Shown here: positions 47,066 through 55,444 of the stretch, one piece after another
Layout: each line of letters begins with the position of its first letter
How positions within the stretch are numbered: position 1 is the first letter of the stretch
Source: Candidatus Omnitrophota bacterium
GTDB lineage: Bacteria; Omnitrophota; Gorgyraeia; Zapsychrales; JANLHA01
Length of the DNA stretch: 64,000 bases
Reading direction: 5' to 3'
Assembly (NCBI GenBank): GCA_040753435.1
Contig: JBFMEN010000029.1
Location: 8,173 to 72,172, forward strand
The notes under the pieces: generated by a model
Database searches by the model: none
Told to the model about the DNA's origin: nothing
The model's input: only the letters and a program-made list of their open reading frames with translations
Position numbers and translations under genes: made by a program

Positions 47066-47734
47066 ATGAAGAAGTTTTTATTAACCGCCGCGCTCGTCTG
47101 TCTGATTTTTGGAGTACCCCGGGAAGCAAACGCTCTTATCCATGTAGGAGATTTTGGCGAGTCCGGATGGCAGAATTTCAGTTTTACAGCCGCAAACTCT
47201 TTTAATGGAAACATAGGATTTTTAGTCAGCGACGTTGGGGACATCCTCGTGCCGTCAACATTGCTCATTGATAATATCGTTGTTCAAAATCAGGTTGTTC
47301 AAAGTTTTGAAGATGCCGCATTGCCGGGGACATGGTATGGAGACGCCTATTTGGTTAATAGTCATACAACGTACTATGGTTCGGAATACAATCCTACCAA
47401 CGGCAATCAGATGCTTTTTATGGATTCTGATGGTACAGATCCTGCGACAGGAAATCTCGGGGTAATAGCCGATACGTCTGCTTATGGCGGTACCGATGGC
47501 GTTTATGGATATATGCCGTTTGCCTTCCAGGCGGGCAATATAGTTTCTTTTGATTGGGCGTTTATAACCGAAGATTATTTACCGTACAATGATTTTTCAA
47601 TGTTTTTATTAATGGACGATCTCGGAGAATCAAGAACAACGCTGGCGGATGTCGGCGTTGTTCCGGAGCCCGCATCGCTGTCCTTGTTCGGTTTAGGGCT
47701 CGCAGGATTATTTTTGCGGAAGAAACGCGCATAA
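47066..47734 (+). CDS. PEP-CTERM sorting-domain protein (secreted, exosortase substrate)
   Basis: Signal peptide MKKFLLTAALVCLIFGVP. C-terminal VPEPASLSLFGLGLAGLFLRKKRA is a PEP motif followed by a TM segment and a basic tail. Confidence 0.8.
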   Translation: MKKFLLTAALVCLIFGVPREANALIHVGDFGESGWQNFSFTAANSFNGNIGFLVSDVGDILVPSTLLIDNIVVQNQVVQSFEDAALPGTWYGDAYLVNSHTTYYGSEYNPTNGNQMLFMDSDGTDPATGNLGVIADTSAYGGTDGVYGYMPFAFQAGNIVSFDWAFITEDYLPYNDFSMFLLMDDLGESRTTLADVGVVPEPASLSLFGLGLAGLFLRKKRA

Positions 47735-47763
47735 TTACCGGGAAAATGATAATTTATTAAAAA

Positions 47764-47797
47764 GGGTGATGGGTAAACGCCATCACCCTTTTCATTT
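47764..47797 (+). terminator. Rho-independent terminator (gggtgatgg-gtaaacg-ccatcaccc followed by TTTTcaTTT)
   Basis: 9-bp GC-rich stem followed by a T-run, 30 nt after the PEP-CTERM stop codon. Confidence 0.65.
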
Positions 47798-48003
47798 AAG
47801 ACGGTTTATTCCAGGGGAAGATTTGCAAATGTTATAAAAGTTTTCCATTTTTGGACAAAAAGAGCCGGGCCGTATTAAAAAAGAAAAAAACGCTGTTATT
47901 TTAGTTGTCATCTTTTTAAAAAAATGTTACCATATACCCATCTGTAAGCAGTTTCTAACCCGTTTAAGAGGAAAGACTTTTATTCTTTCGTCGCAAAATC
48001 AAT

Positions 48004-48594
48004 GTGATTAAAAAAAAGAAACAAGACGTTCGAAAAGCAATTTTAACCTTATTAAAGAATCAGAAGGAGGAAGATCGGCTTAGAAAAAGTTCAGCGATCA
48101 GGAAAGCTCTTTTTCAGGATCCTGGTTTTGTTCATTCTAAGACAGTTCTTTTTTATGCGTCACTGGCGGAAGAGGTAGAAACCTTCGAGATGATCCGGCA
48201 GGCCATGAAGGAAGGAAAACGCGTTGCACTGCCATGTATTAGTCGTCAACACAAAGAGATAATTCCAAGATTGATTTCCAACTTAGAGGAAGATTTGGAA
48301 TATGGTCCATACAATATCAAACAACCCAGAAGAACAGCACATCAGCAACAACTTGGTCTGGATAAGATCCATGTCGTGATTGTTCCGGCCGTCGCCTTTG
48401 ATAAAAAAAATAACAGGTTGGGGCGCGGCGCGGGTTATTATGACCGCTTATTGCAAAAACTTCCTTCAGGAATTCCTCAAATTGGCCTTGCGTTTGATTT
48501 CCAGATCCTGGAAACGCTGCCCCTCGAAGATCACGATTTTCCCGTGACCCGCGTTATTACCAATGAACTTTCTCAAGAATTGTCAGTGCCATAA
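48004..48594 (+). CDS. 5-formyltetrahydrofolate cyclo-ligase
   Basis: The NRLGRGAGYYDRLL signature motif. 196 aa. Confidence 0.85.
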   Translation: MIKKKKQDVRKAILTLLKNQKEEDRLRKSSAIRKALFQDPGFVHSKTVLFYASLAEEVETFEMIRQAMKEGKRVALPCISRQHKEIIPRLISNLEEDLEYGPYNIKQPRRTAHQQQLGLDKIHVVIVPAVAFDKKNNRLGRGAGYYDRLLQKLPSGIPQIGLAFDFQILETLPLEDHDFPVTRVITNELSQELSVP

Positions 48595-48670
48595 GAACTG
48601 TTTTAAAAGAAAAAAGCGGTAAAACCGCGAAAGTGTTTTTTAAAAGGAAAGGGCACAGCATGTTGTTTTT

Positions 48671-50290
48671 TTGGCTACAGGGAAAGACCTGTTTAATGAT
48701 AGAGAGGGGAAGTATATGTCTTTAGAGCCGGTTATTCAGAATTTTTTGGAAATATCTGTTTCGTTTATTATCGGATTGGCTATTGGTGTTGTCTGCCGAA
48801 CCTATTTTGCCAATAAAAAGATCAAGGAATCCGAAAACAAGGCTAAAGAGTTGAAGGATTTTGCGCAGCGGGAAGCAGACAGCCGGAGACGTGAAGCGGA
48901 ATTGGCCGGGAAAGATCTGATGTTAAAACTGCGCCAGGATTTTGAAAAACAAACGAAAGAGCGCCGTGAAGAATTGGCAGGTCTTGAAAAACGCCTTCTC
49001 CAGAAGGAGGAAAACCTGGAGAAAAGGGTAGATTTGCTGGAAAAGAAAGAAAAAGACATCAACGGGCGCTTTGAAATCCTTAAAGAAGGCGAATCCAGGG
49101 TCCAGAAAAGGGAACAGGAGTTGTCGGGGCTGATTGAGGAAGAGAAGAAGCGTCTGCAGGAAATTTCGACATTGACACAGGATCAGGCCAAAGAGATCCT
49201 TCTGTCGCGTCTTGACGAAGAGTTGATTCAGGAAAAAGCGACGCGGATCCGTAATGCCGAAGAAGAGATCAAGGATAAAAGTCAGAAGACCGCCAGAAAT
49301 ATTTTGACGACTGCGATCCAGCGCTGCGCCTCGGATCATACAGCGGAAACGACGGTAAGTGTGGTGCCGCTTCCCAGCGATGAAATGAAAGGACGCATTA
49401 TCGGGCGCGAAGGACGCAATATCCGTGCTCTTGAAATGGCAACCGGGGTCGATATCATTATAGATGATACTCCCGAGGCGGTCACGATTTCCGGTTTTGA
49501 TATGGTCAGACGGGAAGTCGCCCGTATGGCCCTTGAAAAACTGATTTCGGATGGCCGGATCCATCCGGGCCGTATCGAAGAGGTCGTCGAGAAAGCGAAG
49601 CAGGAGATCGAGGAAAAGATTAAAGAGGAAGGCGACAAGGCCGCCTTTGATTTGGGGATTCACAGGATGCATCCGGAGCTGTTGAAACTGGTCGGGCGTT
49701 TAAAGTACCGTACCAGCTTTGGGCAGAATGCCCTGGTTCATACAAAAGAGGTGGCAAGCCTCATGGGTATTATGGCGACCCAGCTCGGACTTGATCCCAA
49801 GGTTGCGGTTCGGGTCGGGCTTCTTCATGATATCGGCAAGATTGTTTCGGAGGAGGTCGAAGAAGGAACTCATGCGATTGTCGGCGCGAACCTTGCCAAA
49901 AAATATGGAGAGAACGAGGTTGTGGTGAACGCGATTGCGGCGCATCATGAGGAAGTAGAGTGTAAATCACTTTACGGCGTGCTTTTATGCGCAGCGGATG
50001 CCGTGAGCGCGGCACGTCCCGGCGCCAGGGCAGAAACGCTTGAAATTTATATTAAGCGTCTGGAAAGCCTGGAAAAGATCGCGAACTCGTTCAAGGGCGT
50101 TGAAAAGGCTTATGCGCTTCAGGCGGGGAGAGAAATCCGTGTTATGGTGTGTCCCGACAAGGTTAATGACGACGAGTCTTTGGTCATGGCGCGCGACATC
50201 CGCAAACGGATCGAACAGGATCTGGAGTATCCCGGACAAATTAAGGTCATGGTCGTTCGGGAGACCCGGGCGATCGAGTATGCGAAATAA
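48671..50290 (+). CDS. rny: Ribonuclease Y
   Basis: N-terminal TM segment, coiled-coil, KH domain ([15 protein letters not shown]) and HD domain ([19 protein letters not shown]...LLHDIGK). The start may be the ATG at 48716. Confidence 0.9.
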   Translation: MATGKDLFNDREGKYMSLEPVIQNFLEISVSFIIGLAIGVVCRTYFANKKIKESENKAKELKDFAQREADSRRREAELAGKDLMLKLRQDFEKQTKERREELAGLEKRLLQKEENLEKRVDLLEKKEKDINGRFEILKEGESRVQKREQELSGLIEEEKKRLQEISTLTQDQAKEILLSRLDEELIQEKATRIRNAEEEIKDKSQKTARNILTTAIQRCASDHTAETTVSVVPLPSDEMKGRIIGREGRNIRALEMATGVDIIIDDTPEAVTISGFDMVRREVARMALEKLISDGRIHPGRIEEVVEKAKQEIEEKIKEEGDKAAFDLGIHRMHPELLKLVGRLKYRTSFGQNALVHTKEVASLMGIMATQLGLDPKVAVRVGLLHDIGKIVSEEVEEGTHAIVGANLAKKYGENEVVVNAIAAHHEEVECKSLYGVLLCAADAVSAARPGARAETLEIYIKRLESLEKIANSFKGVEKAYALQAGREIRVMVCPDKVNDDESLVMARDIRKRIEQDLEYPGQIKVMVVRETRAIEYAK

Positions 50291-50374
50291 TTTAAGTGCC
50301 CAGGTTCCCAAGTGCCCATGATCCCAGGAAAAGGGTTTCATGGGAACTTGGGTGCTTGGGAACTTGGGAACCGT

Positions 50375-51160
50375 ATGAATATTCTATGCATCGGCGACAT
50401 CGTTGGAAAACCCGGAAGAAAAGTTTTGGAGGAAATTCTGCCGAAACTCAAGGAGGAGTTTTCTCTCGATTGCGTGGTCGCCAATGCTGAAAATGCCGCC
50501 GGAGGTTCCGGGCTCACTCCCCGTATTGCCGAACAGCTTTTCCGGGCCGGTTGCAATGTTCTGACTATGGGCGATCATGTTTTTGACCGGCCTGAACTTT
50601 TGGAATATTTTTCAGAGCAGCCCAATATTATTCGTCCTGAAAATTTTCCGTCGGGGAATCCGGGTCGTGGCTGGGTTCTTATTAAAACCCCAACCGCAGC
50701 AAAGGTCGCCGTTGTTAATCTGTTAGGGCGCGTTTTTATTAAACATTACACGGATTGTCCTTTTCAGAGGATCGATGCGCTTTTAAAAGACATTGCCAGA
50801 GAAACCCCTGTCGTGATTGTTGATTTTCATGCGGAAGCTACCAGCGAGAAGATAGCCATGGGATGGTTTCTTGATGGTCGGGTTTCCGCCGTTGTTGGGA
50901 CGCATACCCATATTCAAACCGCTGATGAAAGGGTTCTTCCGAAGGGAACCGCCTACATAACAGATCTTGGTATGACCGGCCCCTATGATTCCGTTATAGG
51001 CCAGGAACGGGAAAAAATCATTACCCGTTTTCTAACCGGTTTGCCGTCACGTTTTGAAGTGGCGGAAGAAAACCCGCTGTTATGCGGTGTTGTCATAGAG
51101 GTCGACGAAACGACCGGAAAGTCTCGAACAATCAGACGGATACAAAGGGGGTTGCAATGA
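50375..51160 (+). CDS. ymdB: YmdB-like metallophosphoesterase (TIGR00282 family)
   Basis: MNILCIGDIVGKPGR...DCVVANAENAAGGSGLT. Conserved position downstream of rny. The track ORF begins at 50312. Confidence 0.8.
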   Translation: MNILCIGDIVGKPGRKVLEEILPKLKEEFSLDCVVANAENAAGGSGLTPRIAEQLFRAGCNVLTMGDHVFDRPELLEYFSEQPNIIRPENFPSGNPGRGWVLIKTPTAAKVAVVNLLGRVFIKHYTDCPFQRIDALLKDIARETPVVIVDFHAEATSEKIAMGWFLDGRVSAVVGTHTHIQTADERVLPKGTAYITDLGMTGPYDSVIGQEREKIITRFLTGLPSRFEVAEENPLLCGVVIEVDETTGKSRTIRRIQRGLQ

Positions 51161-51555
51161 GTCCGTGGGAAGGATTAAACCGGCGTAAATTTCCAAGAAT
51201 CAATTATCCGTGTCTCGTTACTGTCTGGCTTGAAGGGGAAGGCGGAGAGAATGACGCCCAGACTTTTTTAACACACACGGAAAATATCGGGATCGGCGGA
51301 GTGTGTCTTTTTTGTCATAACAGGCTTAAACTCTTTGATAAAGTCGAAATGGAGCTGGATTTGCTGGATATGGAGGATCATCTAAGGTGTAAAGGAAGGG
51401 TCGTCTGGGCAGTCCAGCGCAAAGAGCCGGAGAGCCGCAAACCGGTTATATTTGATATCGGTATTGAATTCGACGGGTTAAAAGAAGAAGAAACCGCGCG
51501 CATTTTAAAAATTGTTCGACAAATGGAAAAAAAACAGGAAGCAAGTCCATGGTGA
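51156..51555 (+). CDS. PilZ-domain protein (putative c-di-GMP receptor)
   Basis: RRKFPRINYP (RxxxR) followed 25 aa later by TENIGIGGVCL (a D/NxSxxG-like motif). About 133 aa from the Met at 51156. The track ORF begins at 51082. It overlaps the gltX start by 7 nt. Confidence 0.5.
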
Positions 51556-52880
51556 AAGTTCGTTTCGCTCCAAGCCCAACAGGATTTTTACATATAGGCG
51601 GAGCCCGCACAGCCTTGTTTAATTATATGTATGCGAGGTCCCAGCAGGGGTCTTTTGTGCTGCGCGTCGAGGACACGGACAGAAGCCGTTCCAGGGAGGA
51701 ATATCTTAACGAAATTACGGACAGTTTGCATTGGCTGGGCCTGGATTGGGATGAGTTTTACAAGCAAAGCGACCGGTTCGATCTTTACCGGGAACATGCG
51801 AAACGCCTTCTTGATAGCGGCGCTGCTTATGAAGACAACGGCGCGGTTGTACTGAAGATGCCCAGGCAGGAAGTCAAATTTTTTGATTTGATTCGCGGGG
51901 AAGTCGTGTTCGACACGTCGAACTTTGTGCAGCGGGATGAGGCGGGAAACAATCTGCTCGACAGCGAGGGGCGTCCGGTATTGAAGGATGAGGTTTTGAT
52001 CAAAGCTGACGGCTCGCCCGCCTACAGTTTCTGCTGTGTCGTGGACGACGCGCTGACTGAAATCACTCACGTCATTCGCGGCGAGGACCACATTCCCAAT
52101 ACGCCGAAACAAATTTTAATGTACCAGGCGCTTGGTTTTAAGGCGCCGAAATTCGCGCATATCCCCATGATTTTGAATGAAGAGGGCGGAAAGATGTCGA
52201 AGAGGACCGGCGCGGTTGCGGTGAGTGAATACCGGGCCAAAGGATTTCTGCCGGAAGCCCTGGTGAATTACCTGATGCTTTTGGGATGGTCGCCCGGAGG
52301 AGATCAGGAGTTGATGACGCTGGATTCCGCGATTAAAAAATTTTCCATCAAGAAGATCAACAAATCCTCCGCCGCGTTTTCAATGGACAAGCTGCGGTGG
52401 ATTAACGGGCAGTACGTCAGGCAGAAAAGCGATCAGGCCCTTGCGGATTTTGTGGCGCCTTTTCTTGAGAAGGGCGGGTGGATCGGCAAGGATTATGATA
52501 GAAAAAAACTCGAAGGCATTGTAAAATTATACAAAACCCGGATGGCGGATATCGATGAGTTTCTGGAAAGAACGCGTTATTTGTTTGAAGATGAATTTAA
52601 GGCCGGTGAAGAGGTTCTGAAGAGCGCAAATCTTTCCGGTGAGTGTTTTTCGGGATTGGCTCGGGTTCTTGAGGAGGCCGCTCCTTTTAATACCGCGGCA
52701 GTTGAAGCGCGTTTTCGGGAATTCGCGGATCAGCGCGCAATGAAGATGTCGGACCTGGTCCATCCTGTACGTTTGATTTTAACAGGAAGCGACGTCGGAC
52801 CGGGACTCTTTGAAACGATGGAAGTTCTCGGGCGGGAAAAGACGGTCAAACGGCTGAAGTCAGCAGCGGAAATTTCATAA
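51549..52880 (+). CDS. gltX: Glutamate--tRNA ligase
   Basis: VRFAPSPTGFLHIGGARTALFNYMYAR (HIGH) and KMSKR (KMSKS motif). Confidence 0.92.
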   Translation: MVKVRFAPSPTGFLHIGGARTALFNYMYARSQQGSFVLRVEDTDRSRSREEYLNEITDSLHWLGLDWDEFYKQSDRFDLYREHAKRLLDSGAAYEDNGAVVLKMPRQEVKFFDLIRGEVVFDTSNFVQRDEAGNNLLDSEGRPVLKDEVLIKADGSPAYSFCCVVDDALTEITHVIRGEDHIPNTPKQILMYQALGFKAPKFAHIPMILNEEGGKMSKRTGAVAVSEYRAKGFLPEALVNYLMLLGWSPGGDQELMTLDSAIKKFSIKKINKSSAAFSMDKLRWINGQYVRQKSDQALADFVAPFLEKGGWIGKDYDRKKLEGIVKLYKTRMADIDEFLERTRYLFEDEFKAGEEVLKSANLSGECFSGLARVLEEAAPFNTAAVEARFREFADQRAMKMSDLVHPVRLILTGSDVGPGLFETMEVLGREKTVKRLKSAAEIS

Positions 52881-52907
52881 AAATTTTGTCAATAAAAAGG
52901 GGAACTT

Positions 52908-53093
52908 ATGAAAAAACAATTGCTACTTGCAGTTTTATGTTTGTTGACGGCCGGTTGTTGCACGTCCGGCTTGAGAGAAGACCATCCTGTCCGTAAAGTC
53001 GAAGACAAAGCGGCTGAAGCGGGCAAAAAGGTCATAGAGTGCGCCGATGAATCGATAGAAAAAACACAGGACGCCCTTTTTTATGCAATGTGA
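52908..53093 (+). CDS. Small hypothetical lipoprotein (61 aa)
   Basis: Signal peptide with the lipobox LLTAGC. Confidence 0.4.
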   Translation: MKKQLLLAVLCLLTAGCCTSGLREDHPVRKVEDKAAEAGKKVIECADESIEKTQDALFYAM

Positions 53094-53181
53094 TTGTTAA
53101 GAGCCCGGGAAAAGAAAGAGGGGGGCCGAGACGAACATTTTAAAGTTTTCGGCTTTCTCCGATTTCAGGCGCTGTAATTTT

Positions 53182-53262
53182 TGGGACGTGGTGTAATGGT
53201 AACACCGATGACTCTGGATCATCTGTTCATGGTTCGAATCCATGCGTCCCAGTTTTTTGCAT
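53182..53262 (+). tRNA. tRNA-Gln (anticodon CUG) with a U1-A72 pair
   Basis: Acceptor TGGGACG/CGTCCCA, U8, D-stem GTGT/ACAC. Anticodon stem GATGA/TCATC with loop CTCTGGA. T-arm CATGG-TTCGAAT-CCATG, discriminator G. No CCA is encoded. A T-run follows. Confidence 0.8.
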
Positions 53263-53313
53263 CAGTTGACGTTCGTCTGCGACAATTCGCACTCATCTCG
53301 AATACAGACGTAA

Positions 53314-53346
53314 CCCCGCAAAGTTTTTTGCGGGGTTTTCTTTTTA
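53314..53346 (+). terminator. Rho-independent terminator (ccccgcaa-agtttt-ttgcgggg followed by TTTTcTTTTT)
   Basis: 8-bp stem followed by a T-run. Confidence 0.6.
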
Positions 53347-53405
53347 AGTTAACGTGGTTTGGAGATGGTTATTTGGTATATAATAATTCAATTAAGGAAA
53401 ATAAA

Positions 53406-54746
53406 ATGAAGAACCATTTTGCGTTAACCGCGATGCAGTCTCTTTCCCTGGGGTTTGCGATCTTGATCCTCATGGGAACATTTTTACTCATGCTTCCGAT
53501 ATCTGTAATGAGCGCGAAAACCGTTTCCTTTCTCGACGCACTTTTTACCGCGACATCCGCTGTTTCAACCACAGGTCTCGGCGTTGTCGATACAGGAAGT
53601 TTTTTCTCGCGATTCGGGCAGACGGTAATCCTTGTTTTGATTCAGATCGGCGGCCTCGGGTACATGATTTTTATCGGATTGCTTCTGCTCGGTTTCAAGA
53701 AACGGCTTTCTTTGGGGAATACTGAATTGTTGCATGAATCGATAGCGCGGCCTTCCTCGGAAGACGTAATAAAATTTTCAAAAAAAATTATCGTTTTTAC
53801 TGTTTTTTTTGAAGCCCTGGGACTGTTGCTCTTTATTTCTTATTGGAGCAGGTTTCTTCCTTTTCACGAGGCCCTTTATACGAGCTTGTTTCATTCCGTT
53901 TCAGCATTTTGTACCGCAGGGTTTAGCTTGTATTCCGACAGTCTTACGGCATATCGAGACAGTCTGTTTTTTAATTGTTCGGTTATGTTCATTTGTTTTT
54001 CCGGGAGCATCGGCTTTTTTGTTTTAAACGATCTGTATCTTTTTTTGAAAAAATTTTTCCGGAGAAAATATCCCTGGGGCTTTTCGGCACATACGAAACT
54101 GGCTGTTTCAGTGATGGGGCTTCTGATTATTGCCGGAATTTTTGTGATCTGTTTTTTAGGGGAAGCGGCGGTCGGCTCTACGTTTAAAGAACAAGTGGTA
54201 AACTCGACGTTCCAGGTTGTTTCGGCGGTAACTACGACGGGCTTTAATACGGTTGACATCGGAAGATTGAGCGATGCCGGTCTTTGGTTGATTGCTGTGT
54301 TGATGTTTGCAGGGGCTTGTCCCGGAGGTACGGCGGGGGGAATCAAGACAACAACATTGGGACTGATTTCATTGTCTGTTTATTCTCTGTTAATGGGAAG
54401 GGAAGGCGTTAATGTTTTTTACCGGCGGGTTCCTCAAGAAACAATCATGAGGGCTTACGCGATCGCGGTCATTGTTTTGATTTGGATTGTCATTGCGATG
54501 GGGATAATGCTTGTCAGCGAAAAGGAGGCGTCCGCGCTGGCCGTTTTATTTGAAATAACGTCTGCGGCCGGAACGGTCGGCTTATCCACGGGGATCACTT
54601 CTTCGTTAAGCGTGACAGGCAAGATTGTAATCATCATGACGATGTTTCTTGGACGGGTCGGACCCATTGCGATAGGATATTCATTGATAGGAAAGCCGCG
54701 ACCAGTTAATTTCGCTTATTCGAAAGCGCAAATCCTGGTCGGATAA
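53406..54746 (+). CDS. ktrB: TrkH/KtrB-family K+ uptake membrane subunit
   Basis: Four pore-loop motifs (SAVSTTGLGV, TAGFSLYS, VTTTGFNTV, GGTAGGIKTTT). The start is the ATG at 53406. The track N-terminal extension overlaps tRNA-Gln and is rejected. Confidence 0.88.
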   Translation: MKNHFALTAMQSLSLGFAILILMGTFLLMLPISVMSAKTVSFLDALFTATSAVSTTGLGVVDTGSFFSRFGQTVILVLIQIGGLGYMIFIGLLLLGFKKRLSLGNTELLHESIARPSSEDVIKFSKKIIVFTVFFEALGLLLFISYWSRFLPFHEALYTSLFHSVSAFCTAGFSLYSDSLTAYRDSLFFNCSVMFICFSGSIGFFVLNDLYLFLKKFFRRKYPWGFSAHTKLAVSVMGLLIIAGIFVICFLGEAAVGSTFKEQVVNSTFQVVSAVTTTGFNTVDIGRLSDAGLWLIAVLMFAGACPGGTAGGIKTTTLGLISLSVYSLLMGREGVNVFYRRVPQETIMRAYAIAVIVLIWIVIAMGIMLVSEKEASALAVLFEITSAAGTVGLSTGITSSLSVTGKIVIIMTMFLGRVGPIAIGYSLIGKPRPVNFAYSKAQILVG

Positions 54747-54761
54747 TCAGGAGGGGTTTTT

Positions 54762-55430
54762 ATGGAACAGTTTATGGTGATCGGTCTCGGAAATTTCGGG
54801 TTTAATGTTGCCTGTGCCTTATCAAAAGCCGGCAGAGATGTTATTGCGGTTGATGCAAACTGCAGACGGGTCGATGAAATCAGCGATAAAGTGCGAAAAG
54901 CCGTCACTGCCGACGCCAGTGATAAAAAGGCGATGGCCGATCTGATTTCATCCAACAAGGTCGACGTTGCCATAGTTTCTTTGGGGAACAATCTCGAGGC
55001 CAGTGTTCTGGCCACAGTTTTTCTTCGGGAAAAGAAAGTCAAAAAAATTATAACAAAGGCGTCGAACGCGGACCAGAGCACTGTTTTTCAGGCCATTGGC
55101 GCGAGCGAGGTGATTTTTCCTGAGCAGGAGATTGCTGAAAAACTCGCTTTAAGGCTAGTGAAGCCCAACTTCATCGACTATATTCCAATGGCGGAGGATT
55201 ACGGGATTATGGAGGTTGCGGTTCCGGATGAATTTGTCGGAAAAACGCTGGCCGAGCTTAAGTTGAGAAACAAGTATGGCGTTGAGATTATCGCGATAAA
55301 GAATATTCTTAGCAACAGTTTTGTCATGATTCCGAAAGCGGATTACAGGTTTGAGCCCGACACGGTTATGATTATCGTCGGCAAAAATGAAGACATTGAG
55401 AATGTGAGAGCAACCAGGCGTGAAATTTAA
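54762..55430 (+). CDS. ktrA: TrkA/KtrA K+ uptake regulatory subunit (RCK N and C domains)
   Basis: MVIGLGNFGFNVACALSKAGRDVIAVD Rossmann motif. 222 aa. Confidence 0.88.
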   Translation: MEQFMVIGLGNFGFNVACALSKAGRDVIAVDANCRRVDEISDKVRKAVTADASDKKAMADLISSNKVDVAIVSLGNNLEASVLATVFLREKKVKKIITKASNADQSTVFQAIGASEVIFPEQEIAEKLALRLVKPNFIDYIPMAEDYGIMEVAVPDEFVGKTLAELKLRNKYGVEIIAIKNILSNSFVMIPKADYRFEPDTVMIIVGKNEDIENVRATRREI

Positions 55431-55444
55431 GAAAGGCGGGCTTA

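Noticed and set aside
49985-50580. Several overlapping 60-120-aa ORFs at the rny/ymdB junction (both strands)
   Set aside because: They lie within or antisense to the conserved rny 3' end and ymdB 5' end. Their translations are low-complexity.
53181-53405. N-terminal 75-codon extension of the ktrB ORF in the track
   Set aside because: It overlaps a well-formed tRNA-Gln and a terminator hairpin. The conserved TrkH sequence starts at the Met at 53406.
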